Source: Vulcanimicrobiota bacterium
GTDB taxonomy: Bacteria; Vulcanimicrobiota; Vulcanimicrobiia; Vulcanimicrobiales; Vulcanimicrobiaceae
Direction of reading: 5' to 3'
Assembly (NCBI GenBank): GCA_963795855.1
Contig: CAWCIZ010000003.1
Span: forward strand, 640,001-704,000
DNA length: 64,000 bases
Shown: positions 23,653 through 32,001 of the stretch, one piece after another
Position numbering within the stretch: position 1 is the stretch's first letter
Layout of the letters: each line of letters opens with the position of its first letter
Position numbers and translations under genes: made by a program
The notes under the pieces: generated by a model
Database searches by the model: none
What the model was told of the DNA's origin: nothing
The model's input: the letters and a program-made list of their open reading frames with translations, nothing else

Positions 23653-25553
23653 TGCTGCTCGCGATGACGCCGCCGGCGCATGTCTCGACGCTCACTTTGG
23701 CCGATCTGCGCAAATCCGTCAGCCTTTCGTCACCGCAAATTTCGCCGGACGGCCGCAGCGTCGTCGTCGCAGTCGGACGAGACGACTTCGAAAAGGACAA
23801 GATCGTCACGGATTTGGTGCTCGTCGATGTGGCGACGCACCGGTCGCGAACGCTCTTGCGTGATGCGACCGCACTCGGCAACGTTGAGTGGTCGCCCGAC
23901 GGCACGCGTTTAGCGTACGTCGCGGACAAACAGGTGTATGTGCTGCCGATGAACGGCGGCGAACCACTGCAAATCACGCACGTGAAGACGTCCGTGGACG
24001 CACTCGATTGGCGCCCCGACGGCGAGTCGATCGCGTATACCGCGGATGTGCCACCAGCAAATCACGCGCAGATCGAGCGACACGAAGATGAATTCGACGT
24101 CGATGACAACGCTTGGACCGATCAAGAAGCGCCCGCGGACGTTGCTTTGTACGAAGTTTCGGCGAACGGCGGAAACGCGCGGCGCATCGGCAGCGGCTGG
24201 TCGGTCGGCGGTGGATTCACGTATGCGCGGGATGGGCGCAGCCTATTCGTCACGCGCATCACGGGGAATAAATCGCCCAACCGGTTCATGTCGCGGGAGA
24301 TCGTGCGCGTTGACGCGGCAAACGGCCACACCATTCTCTTGCATCGGCTCTCGATGATGCAAACCGATCCGCTGCGTGGCCCTCACGGCGAAATCGCGTA
24401 CGCATTTTCGAATCCGGCGGGCTTGATGCAAACGGAAATCGCGCTTGCGAACGCCGACGGAAGCAATCCGCACATGATTACCGGGCGTCTGGATCGCAAC
24501 GCGAACGGCGCGGCGTTTATGCCGGACGGCTCGGTGCTCGTTCCCGCAAACGATGAAACCGGGCGCCGCATCTTTCGCATCGCGCCGAACGGTGCGGTAT
24601 CGCACTTGCCGTTAGGCGCGTTGACGCCGAGCTTCGACGTAAGCGTGTCGCGCACGGGAGTGGTCGCCTTCGTTGCCAGTACGTGGAATCACCCGAGCGA
24701 GTTGTATGTGCTGCGCGCCGGTTCAGTTGCGCCTGTGCGGCTCACCGATTTGAATGGCTGGATTGCGCGATATAAACTCGGCGCCTCACACGCCATCACG
24801 TGGCGCACCGCGGACGGTCTGAGCGCCGATGGCGTTGTAACGACGCCGCCCGGGTGGCACCGAGGCCGGCGCGCTCCGCTCGTGCTGTACATTCACGGCG
24901 GACCGACCTCTTCATCGACGACCGCGTACTCCGGTTTCGTGCAAGTTCTCGCAGCTCACGGCTGGATGGTGTTTCAGCCGAATTATCGAGGCAGCGACAA
25001 TCTCGGGCTGCGTTTTGCACGAACTACCGTTCCGCACATCACCAGCGTTCCCGGCAGCGACATCGAACTAGGTTTGGCGCAGGTGCTGCGTTCATATCCG
25101 GTGGACGCTCGGCGGCTCGCCGTTTCAGGGTGGAGTGAAGGCGGCCTCATGACGTCTTGGCTCATCACGCACGATACGCGCTGGCGCGCGGCAGTGTCCG
25201 GCGCGGCGGTCAACGACTGGGTGCAGTACGACGCAATGAGCGATTCGAAGGATTTTGCGCCGGTGTTTATCGGCAAATCGCCGTGGAGCAGCGCTGCGGA
25301 GTACCAATTGTACGAAGATGAATCGCCCTTGACCTACGCATCGCGCGTTCGCACACCGACGCTCATCTTGAGCGATGCGGGAGATTACCGCGTCCCCACG
25401 CCGCTGGCGTACGAATTTTACCACGAGGTGCGCGCAACCGGCACGCCGGTGCAGTTCGTCGTTTATCCGGTCGTCGGGCATTTTCCGCGCGACCCGGTGC
25501 GTGTCGAAGACGTTTTACGCCGCTGGGAAAACTGGCTGCTCCGGCACATATGA
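23652..25553 (+). CDS. S9-family peptidase (tandem paralog)
   Basis: HGGP, PNYRGS, GWSEGG, DYRVP, GHFP; TAATG coupling to the previous gene. Confidence 0.93.
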   Translation: MLLAMTPPAHVSTLTLADLRKSVSLSSPQISPDGRSVVVAVGRDDFEKDKIVTDLVLVDVATHRSRTLLRDATALGNVEWSPDGTRLAYVADKQVYVLPMNGGEPLQITHVKTSVDALDWRPDGESIAYTADVPPANHAQIERHEDEFDVDDNAWTDQEAPADVALYEVSANGGNARRIGSGWSVGGGFTYARDGRSLFVTRITGNKSPNRFMSREIVRVDAANGHTILLHRLSMMQTDPLRGPHGEIAYAFSNPAGLMQTEIALANADGSNPHMITGRLDRNANGAAFMPDGSVLVPANDETGRRIFRIAPNGAVSHLPLGALTPSFDVSVSRTGVVAFVASTWNHPSELYVLRAGSVAPVRLTDLNGWIARYKLGASHAITWRTADGLSADGVVTTPPGWHRGRRAPLVLYIHGGPTSSSTTAYSGFVQVLAAHGWMVFQPNYRGSDNLGLRFARTTVPHITSVPGSDIELGLAQVLRSYPVDARRLAVSGWSEGGLMTSWLITHDTRWRAAVSGAAVNDWVQYDAMSDSKDFAPVFIGKSPWSSAAEYQLYEDESPLTYASRVRTPTLILSDAGDYRVPTPLAYEFYHEVRATGTPVQFVVYPVVGHFPRDPVRVEDVLRRWENWLLRHI

Positions 25554-25560
25554 GGTTGTC

Positions 25561-26292
25561 ATGCGTACGTGGGTGTTTGCCGCCATTTGCCTCGCGCTCG
25601 CCGGATTGGTGCTCGGCGAATACGAGTTGACGCCGCGTCCCAACAGCAATCGCGCTTTGGTGGCGGCGCTCTCGCAGGATCTGCGGTTCACGTACCATGC
25701 CTGCGTTCCGCTCGGGTGGAAGCCCGTGCCGGTGCATGGCACGTACTATCCCGGATACACTGCGGCGATCGCAAATTACGCGGAGTGGCTCGATGCGATT
25801 TGGAGAGGAAGCATCGCGAAACGCGACTTGCGCAATCCGGACGCGAAGACGGTTTTCGAGGTGCTCAACCATTTGACGCAAGCCGGCTTACTCACGCGCA
25901 AGGAATTCCCGCGGCGATACCGCTACTTCCTGACCCCGCGCGCGTTTGGATACTACGACGGTGCATCGGTGTACAAGAACAACCGCGACAGCCTTCCGTA
26001 TTTGTGCTATTCAGTCATTGCGCCGGATCGTATCGTCTGGCTTCAGCGCATTCCGTCGCCGCGCGGCTGGGTCGCCGGAGCGCAGTGGTACAACGTGCAA
26101 TTCGCATGGAAGCCCGGCGCGCGAGCGGGCTGGACGCCGGATACGTTCTTGCGCTCGCATAGCGTCGTGCTGCCGCCGGTCGATAGTCCGACATCTGCGA
26201 AAGTCTACTACTCCGATAACCAGTGGCATCTGGTCAACGTTTACGATCGCGGCTGGATGCTGCCGGCTCTTGGGAATGCGGCATCTCGGTAG
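25561..26292 (+). CDS. Hypothetical membrane-anchored/secreted protein
   Basis: GAGG RBS, N-terminal hydrophobic helix, 243 codons. Confidence 0.65.
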   Translation: MRTWVFAAICLALAGLVLGEYELTPRPNSNRALVAALSQDLRFTYHACVPLGWKPVPVHGTYYPGYTAAIANYAEWLDAIWRGSIAKRDLRNPDAKTVFEVLNHLTQAGLLTRKEFPRRYRYFLTPRAFGYYDGASVYKNNRDSLPYLCYSVIAPDRIVWLQRIPSPRGWVAGAQWYNVQFAWKPGARAGWTPDTFLRSHSVVLPPVDSPTSAKVYYSDNQWHLVNVYDRGWMLPALGNAASR

Positions 26293-26334
26293 CATCGGCG
26301 AAACTTTGGGCGCAACGGGCCCGTACGTTGTAGT

Positions 26335-27135
26335 ATGCTGTCGATACTTTTTGCGCTCTTGACGATGGGGCCCGCGGCTCAGGCGGCGAAGCCGCAAGTG
26401 ATGATCGTCGGCGTTGCGCATCTTCAAGCCAAGCGCGACCTGCATAATGCAACCTGGGGCCGAGACGTTTTCGACCCGCAAATGCAGACGCAAATTCGAA
26501 CGATCGTTGCGCGCTTAGCGCGGTTCAAGCCCACCAAAGTGATGATTGAGGCGGAAGCGACGAATCCCGTCTACGTTCAGCGCTATGCGTCGTACCTTCG
26601 CGGTACGTATCAACTCGGCCCAAACGAAGACGACCAGTTCGGCTACCGCTTGGCAAAAATCGCTGGGCTGCGGTCGATAGACCCGATCGATTCCATCGGC
26701 TCGTTTCCGTTCGACTACGACAAACTCCAGGCCGCGGCGGCGGCGTACGGCGAGAAGCCTGCATTCGATAGCGCGAATGCGGGGCTGCAATCCTTAGTCG
26801 ACCGGTCAAACGCGTTGGAACGTGAGAGCCGCCTCGTGGACCTCCTTGAGTATCTCAATACCCCCGAGGCGCTGCGTCTCAATGCGGCCTGGTATCTGGA
26901 CATGGCCGCGATCGGGAACCCGCCGAACAATTACGCCGGTGCGGAACTCGCTGCGTATTGGTACGCGCGGAATTTGAACATCTTCGCAAACATCACGAAC
27001 GGCTTGCGTCCGGGCGACCGCGCCATCGTGTTCATCGGCCAAGGGCATGCGGCGATGCTGCGGCCGATGCTCGACAACTGCAACATCGTTGAAGACCTCG
27101 ATCCGCTGCCCTTTCTGCGCGGCACAGGGATGTAA
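26335..27135 (+). CDS. DUF5694-like secreted protein
   Basis: VMIVGVAHL, LARFKPTKVMIE, NE..Q.G.RLA, WYARNLNIFANI, GQGH. Confidence 0.75.
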   Translation: MLSILFALLTMGPAAQAAKPQVMIVGVAHLQAKRDLHNATWGRDVFDPQMQTQIRTIVARLARFKPTKVMIEAEATNPVYVQRYASYLRGTYQLGPNEDDQFGYRLAKIAGLRSIDPIDSIGSFPFDYDKLQAAAAAYGEKPAFDSANAGLQSLVDRSNALERESRLVDLLEYLNTPEALRLNAAWYLDMAAIGNPPNNYAGAELAAYWYARNLNIFANITNGLRPGDRAIVFIGQGHAAMLRPMLDNCNIVEDLDPLPFLRGTGM

Positions 27136-27154
27136 AGTGGGCCTGGCGTTCGTG

Positions 27155-27178
27155 GACTAAGTCTGATAAACTAAGTCT
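27155..27178 (+). promoter_or_regulatory. Tandem operator-like boxes immediately upstream of the antitoxin
   Basis: ACTAAGTCT at 27156-27164 and 27170-27178; first copy forms the palindrome GACT-A-AGTC. Confidence 0.55.
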
Positions 27179-27415
27179 ATGAAGATCGTGAACATGCACG
27201 AGGCAAAGACGCACCTTTCCGCTCTCGTGCGGGACCTGCGCGATGGCGCAGAGGCAGAAATAGTCATCGCCTTGGCCGGGGAGCCTGCTGCGAAGCTGGT
27301 CCCAGTGGACGTCCCCGCGTCTCGTCAACTTGGGCCCGATCGCGGCCTCATTTCAATTGCCTCCGACTTTGACCGAGTCGACGCCGACATCACAGCGCTG
27401 TTCGAAGACGCGTAG
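27179..27415 (+). CDS. Phd/YefM-family antitoxin
   Basis: VNMHEAKTHLSALV...EIVIA..GEPAAKLVP. Confidence 0.9.
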   Translation: MKIVNMHEAKTHLSALVRDLRDGAEAEIVIALAGEPAAKLVPVDVPASRQLGPDRGLISIASDFDRVDADITALFEDA

Positions 27416-27804
27416 TGCGCCTGCTGCTTGATACCCATGCGTTTCTGTGGGCCGCTGCATCCCCTGAGGATCTCCATGAAAGCGCACGCACTGCTATCGC
27501 GAATAGCGCTAATGAGATCTATGTGTCCGCCGCAGTCGCTTGGGAAATTGCAATAAAATCGGCTCTCGGCAAGCTCGTCGTGCCGAGCGACCCGCCGGCA
27601 TGGTTTCCCGCGCGCGTACGTTCCCTGGGTTTTCAATCGCTTCCGATTCAGGCCGAGCATGCTCTCGCAGTCGTCGCCCTTCCTGATTTGCATCGCGATC
27701 CATTCGATCGAATCATGATTGCGCAAGCGCAGCTCGAAGGGTTGCTCTTGGTAACGCGAGATCCGAACATCCGAAAATACTCGGTGAATATTCTTCCCGC
27801 GTAA
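27415..27804 (+). CDS. vapC: VapC/PIN-domain toxin
   Basis: LLLDTHAFLW, WEIAIK..LGKL, HRDPFDRIMIAQA, LVTRD. Confidence 0.92.
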   Translation: MRLLLDTHAFLWAAASPEDLHESARTAIANSANEIYVSAAVAWEIAIKSALGKLVVPSDPPAWFPARVRSLGFQSLPIQAEHALAVVALPDLHRDPFDRIMIAQAQLEGLLLVTRDPNIRKYSVNILPA

Positions 27805-27845
27805 AAAAATGAGGGTGCGGCCAACGTAGCCGCACCCTCGATTTT
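27804..27845. terminator. Bidirectional intrinsic terminator
   Basis: 11-bp stem GAGGGTGCGGC/GCCGCACCCTC (27811-27839) with an A-run before and a T-run after; between convergent genes. Confidence 0.8.
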
Positions 27846-27854
27846 CATGCGAGA

Positions 27855-29690
27855 TTACGAGCAGGGACCGCCGGTCTGACTCGTGAGTTGGTTGTTCTTC
27901 GAGCGAACCGTCTTGTTCCAGCAATAGCCGCTGCTGGTATGCGCCGTGTACGTTTGGCTGCTGCTTCCGTTCGACGGCGCGTATCCGCCCGCAGCGAAGA
28001 AGGTCAGCGTATCGGTTGAGGTCACCGTGTTGGATACTTGCGAACTGAACGGCTTACCATCGCCCGCGACGTGCGCCATGCGGTTTTCGATCTTGCCCTG
28101 ATTTACCGTGGTCAGCTGCGTGGCGCTGCCGTCGGGATTCGCAGTGTAATCGTAGATCAGGCCCAGCGGCCACGTCTTGTCAGCATGCACCCATGACCGG
28201 TTGCCGTGCGCGGACGTGGTCGTGGTATCCGATGTGATCTGCGTATTCTGCTTGATGTTTTGATCGTAAACTGCACCATTGCCCGTAATGTTAACCTGCT
28301 GCGCGTTGACGAACGAGATCTCCTGATGCACCTGCGTTTCCACGCGTCCGTCCGCGGTATTGATGTATCCGTCAATCGATACCGGGTGCGATGCTTTGAT
28401 CGTGACCGCTCCGGTTCCATTTCCTTGCGAATCGATCTTCACGTTGTTGATGAGCGAAACCGACGGCTGTGCCGGCGTCGAGTTGCTGATGATGCCACCC
28501 GTAATTTGTTTCACGTTCGGGTCGACATACACCAGCAGCGCGCCGTTCGCGGCGAAGTAATTGCCGTTGTTGAACACGTTCACCGTGATCGTGTGCGGCT
28601 GGCCGTTGCTGAGCAGCGCTGCAAACGGCGTCAGGTTCACGCGATACGGCTTGAAGTTCAGCGTCTCCACGCCGGGAATAGGACGCCAGAGATACGGATC
28701 GATGCCGCCCGTGTAAATCCACGGGTACACCGGCGCGACGCCGGCGGGCTGTCCGTCGATGGCGACGTCGCCCTCGCGGAACGCAGTGTTGCCGCAATTG
28801 TTGAGTGCCGCCGCCAGGTCGTTCGGGAAGCACGTGTACCAGAACTCATCGCCGCCCTGCGACTGCAAAAAGACGTCGAGGTACGCTGCGCGCACGTTGG
28901 TCGGCAGCGTGTACGTGGCGGTCAACGGCTGGGACGGGCTCGAGATGTATTGGTTGTCGCCTTGCGGGCCGCCCGAAAGCGGATAGACCGCATCGGGAAC
29001 CGGCGGCGCCGGATGCTGCGCGTTCGCGGGATAGAACGCGAGCGTCGCACTTGCGGAGATGATGCCGGTATACGTGCTGTTCACGAGGTTGCCGAGCACG
29101 ACGAGCCCGGTCGAAGGATTGCGCAGCACCGCGCTCAGATCGGTAACGTCGCGCTCGACGTGCCACGACGGCGAAACGGTGCTCGACGGCTCGGCCGTCG
29201 TTCCGAAATAGACGTTCGTGCCGCCGATCCACACCGATGCGGTGCGATCGTACTGGCGTCCGGCCGTAACGTTGAAATCTGCGCTGAATACCACTTTGGC
29301 CCACGGGCCGGGGCAGCTCGCCGGCGGCGCGTAGGGGAACGTCGGCGAGGTGAAGTTCGTAAACTGGAAGTCGGAAAATGACTGCACCACGCACGGAGAT
29401 TCGTTCGGGCGCGGCACCGGCGGATCGGCGGTAACGACGGCCGGCGAAGTATTGGATGCGGTCATCGCTTGACGCATCGTGCTCGCGCTTGCGCGGTCGG
29501 CGCTGCGTTCGATGCGCATTGACGCGCCGCTCGCGGACTCTGACGATGCGGTACGCGCGCCGCCTTTCGTTTGCGGCAATACACCGTTTCCGGAACTTGC
29601 GCCATGCCCGCTGCATGCGCTTGCGAAAAGTGCTAAGGAGATTGCGGCGAACGCTCGGAGGCGCAAAGTCGTACAGGAACTCACGGACAC
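27855..29690 (-). CDS. Peptide-N4-(N-acetyl-beta-glucosaminyl)asparagine amidase A (PNGase A)-family lipoprotein
   Basis: GRQYDR, GTTAEP, W.VERDVTD, QGGDEFWY, FREG.V.IDG.PAG, P.IYTGGIDPYLWRPI; lipobox FASAC. Confidence 0.85.
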   Translation of the reverse strand: MSVSSCTTLRLRAFAAISLALFASACSGHGASSGNGVLPQTKGGARTASSESASGASMRIERSADRASASTMRQAMTASNTSPAVVTADPPVPRPNESPCVVQSFSDFQFTNFTSPTFPYAPPASCPGPWAKVVFSADFNVTAGRQYDRTASVWIGGTNVYFGTTAEPSSTVSPSWHVERDVTDLSAVLRNPSTGLVVLGNLVNSTYTGIISASATLAFYPANAQHPAPPVPDAVYPLSGGPQGDNQYISSPSQPLTATYTLPTNVRAAYLDVFLQSQGGDEFWYTCFPNDLAAALNNCGNTAFREGDVAIDGQPAGVAPVYPWIYTGGIDPYLWRPIPGVETLNFKPYRVNLTPFAALLSNGQPHTITVNVFNNGNYFAANGALLVYVDPNVKQITGGIISNSTPAQPSVSLINNVKIDSQGNGTGAVTIKASHPVSIDGYINTADGRVETQVHQEISFVNAQQVNITGNGAVYDQNIKQNTQITSDTTTTSAHGNRSWVHADKTWPLGLIYDYTANPDGSATQLTTVNQGKIENRMAHVAGDGKPFSSQVSNTVTSTDTLTFFAAGGYAPSNGSSSQTYTAHTSSGYCWNKTVRSKNNQLTSQTGGPCS

Positions 29691-29770
29691 CCTCCAACGG
29701 AATGGAAGCTGGCAAGACCGCGTTCGTTCGCGTTCGTCGCGCTATTCCGTTGGGGGCACGCGCCCGCTTG

Positions 29771-29995
29771 CTACGGGCCGAACTTGACGTTGTTGGGCGT
29801 TGCGATTCGGGTGATGTCGCTCACGATGGCGTGTGCACGGATCTGCTGCCCCTGTTGGTACGCGCGGCGAGCACTCCGGCGCAAGCCATCGGTCTGAGCG
29901 GCCACGATCAGCAGCAGAATCGCGAATGCGGGCAGAAACGAGAACCACAGTGCGACCGCTTCGAGGAACCAGTTGTGCGAATGATGCGTAAACAT
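29771..29995 (-). CDS. Small single-TM hypothetical protein
   Basis: GAGG RBS and ATG; one hydrophobic helix. Confidence 0.55.
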   Translation of the reverse strand: MFTHHSHNWFLEAVALWFSFLPAFAILLLIVAAQTDGLRRSARRAYQQGQQIRAHAIVSDITRIATPNNVKFGP

Positions 29996-30006
29996 TTTCG
30001 CGATCC

Positions 30007-30670
30007 TCAGTGCTGCTCGAACACGACGTCGTTTATTGCGACATTCGTTTGATAGACTGTCGTAATCGGCATCGGCCACGGCACGAACGTGCGGAATGTG
30101 AATGTCCGCATGCTGAGACGCGATGACGGTGAACGCGCCTTCGGACTTGTACGACTGCGTCATCGTGATCGAACCGCCGTTCACGTACTTCCATTCCATG
30201 CGCACGATTGCGTAGGACGCCGGATCGACGAAGGCGTCTTCCTCGCGCACGTTTGACGGCGTTTTCTTCGTCATCTGCAGTTCGAGCAGCGGCGTGTTGT
30301 CGACGTTTTGAACTCCGGCGCATGTGACGTTCCAGTCGCGCTCCCAAGATGCGGGATCCGCAATGTCGGCGAACACGTGTTTTAAGCCGCTCGCATAGCC
30401 CGGAACTCGATCGAAGACGACTTCGTAGTTGTTCGGACGTTTGAAATAAGAAGTGCCGTCCAAGTGCAGACCGAGGAACGGAAAGTTCAACATCCGTACG
30501 CGCACGTGCACTCTGGCCTGGAAACTGAGCAGCGAGGGGTTGCGCTGCAGAACCTGCCGGAGCACCGTTTGGGCGTCGGTGGGAGCCGGCGTCTGCGCCG
30601 GTGCCTCGCCTTGGGCGGCGAGGATGATGAGTGCGGCCAATCGGGCGGCCGTCAGATATTGCTGTTTCAT
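30007..30670 (-). CDS. Secreted LolA-like fold hypothetical protein, with one extra base near 30056
   Basis: Signal peptide; removing one base gives the ending DYDSYQTNVAINDVVFEQH*; span 664 nt = 3n+1. Confidence 0.6.
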
Positions 30671-30740
30671 GCGGCCAGCGTAGCGAGCCGCGCGTCCGGT
30701 CGGCGTCCGGTGAACGTCCGGCGTCTACGCCGGTTTTACC

Positions 30741-31028
30741 TCAGAATGTTTCGCGGATGTCGAACGTGTGCTGGAGCTGCGCAGCCTCGATGAGCGTGCG
30801 CGCTGCGGGCGATGGGCGGAGTAGGACCAGCGGCGTGAGGCCGGCTTCTTTACGAGCGCGTTGGAAGCGGACGAGCGAGCGCACCGCAGACGTGTCGATG
30901 CTCTGCACGCCTGCGAGATCGAATGCCAGCGGCTCCATATCGCCGTACTTGTCGAGTAGGTGGTCGAGCTCTTCCCGTCGCGTGACGTCGTATTCGCCCT
31001 GCAGATTCACAATCGTCGGATCGCACAC
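30741..31028 (-). CDS. STAS-domain protein (anti-sigma-factor antagonist-like)
   Basis: VNLQGEYDV, FDLAGVQSIDTSAV motif. Confidence 0.8.
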   Translation of the reverse strand: MCDPTIVNLQGEYDVTRREELDHLLDKYGDMEPLAFDLAGVQSIDTSAVRSLVRFQRARKEAGLTPLVLLRPSPAARTLIEAAQLQHTFDIRETF

Positions 31029-31113
31029 ACTTGCTATTTTTTGCACGCAACGGGCCTGCGTCAAGCATCTAGCGGCAGGTTCGTCACCGCCGCAGCACAA
31101 ATCGCGCACGTCG

Positions 31114-32001
31114 ATGCGAGACGACAAACGCGCGGTTGCATTCATTGCCTTAGCGGGGCTCGCACTATTGTGGGGATACAATTGGGTCGTGATGAAAATT
31201 GCGGTGCAGTATGCACCGCCGATTGGATTTGCGGCGATGCGCCTGCTCCTCGGCGCGCTCGTCCTATTTGCGGTAATGCTCCTTCTGCGCAAATCGTTGC
31301 GCCCGCAGGCACCCCTCGCATTCGTGTGGATCGGGTTGTTTCAATCGACGCTCTTCGTCGGACTGGCGACGTGGGCGGTTTTGCTCTCCGGCGCGGGAAA
31401 AGTTGCGGTGCTTTCTTACACCATGCCGCTGTGGGTCGCTATTGCCGGCGGCCCGTTTCTGGGTGAAAAACTTCGCAAAACGCAGATCGCCGCGCTGGCC
31501 GTCGCGATCGCCGGCATCGTCATGATGTTAGGCTTGTGGCAAGCGCACGCGTCGCTGTTTGCGGACGGTTTGGCGCTGCTCTCCGGCGTATCGTGGGCAG
31601 TCGGCGTGATCGTCACCAAACGCTTGCAGCAGGCGCGCAGCATCGACGTTCTGAGCCTAACGACATGGCAGATGCTTTTCGGCGGCATTGCGCTCGGCAT
31701 TGCTGCGCTGATCGTTCCGGAACACGCCACGCACTGGACGCCGGCTTACATCGGCGCGTTGGCGTACAACGTACTCGGCGCAACGGCGCTTGCGTACGTG
31801 CTATGGATCTTCGTGCTGCAGCGTTTGCCGGCACGCGATGCCAGCATGGGAACGCTGGCGAATCCCATCATCGGCATCGTCGCGGCATGGCTGCAATTGG
31901 GCGAAACGCCGAATATCTACGAAGCGACCGGGATGGGGCTGGTGGTCGTCGCGTTAGCCGCGCTTGCGCTGCAGCAGCAGGGAGTTGCCCACCACAAATA
32001 G
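31114..32001 (+). CDS. EamA/DMT-family transporter
   Basis: LWGYNWVVMK, ten-TM two-repeat pattern, FLGE and LGE motifs. Confidence 0.9.
   Translation: MRDDKRAVAFIALAGLALLWGYNWVVMKIAVQYAPPIGFAAMRLLLGALVLFAVMLLLRKSLRPQAPLAFVWIGLFQSTLFVGLATWAVLLSGAGKVAVLSYTMPLWVAIAGGPFLGEKLRKTQIAALAVAIAGIVMMLGLWQAHASLFADGLALLSGVSWAVGVIVTKRLQQARSIDVLSLTTWQMLFGGIALGIAALIVPEHATHWTPAYIGALAYNVLGATALAYVLWIFVLQRLPARDASMGTLANPIIGIVAAWLQLGETPNIYEATGMGLVVVALAALALQQQGVAHHK

Noticed and set aside
29771..30670. Single 299-aa protein with a C-terminal TM helix
   Set aside because: Better explained as two genes joined by a 1-base insertion; the second has its own RBS and ATG
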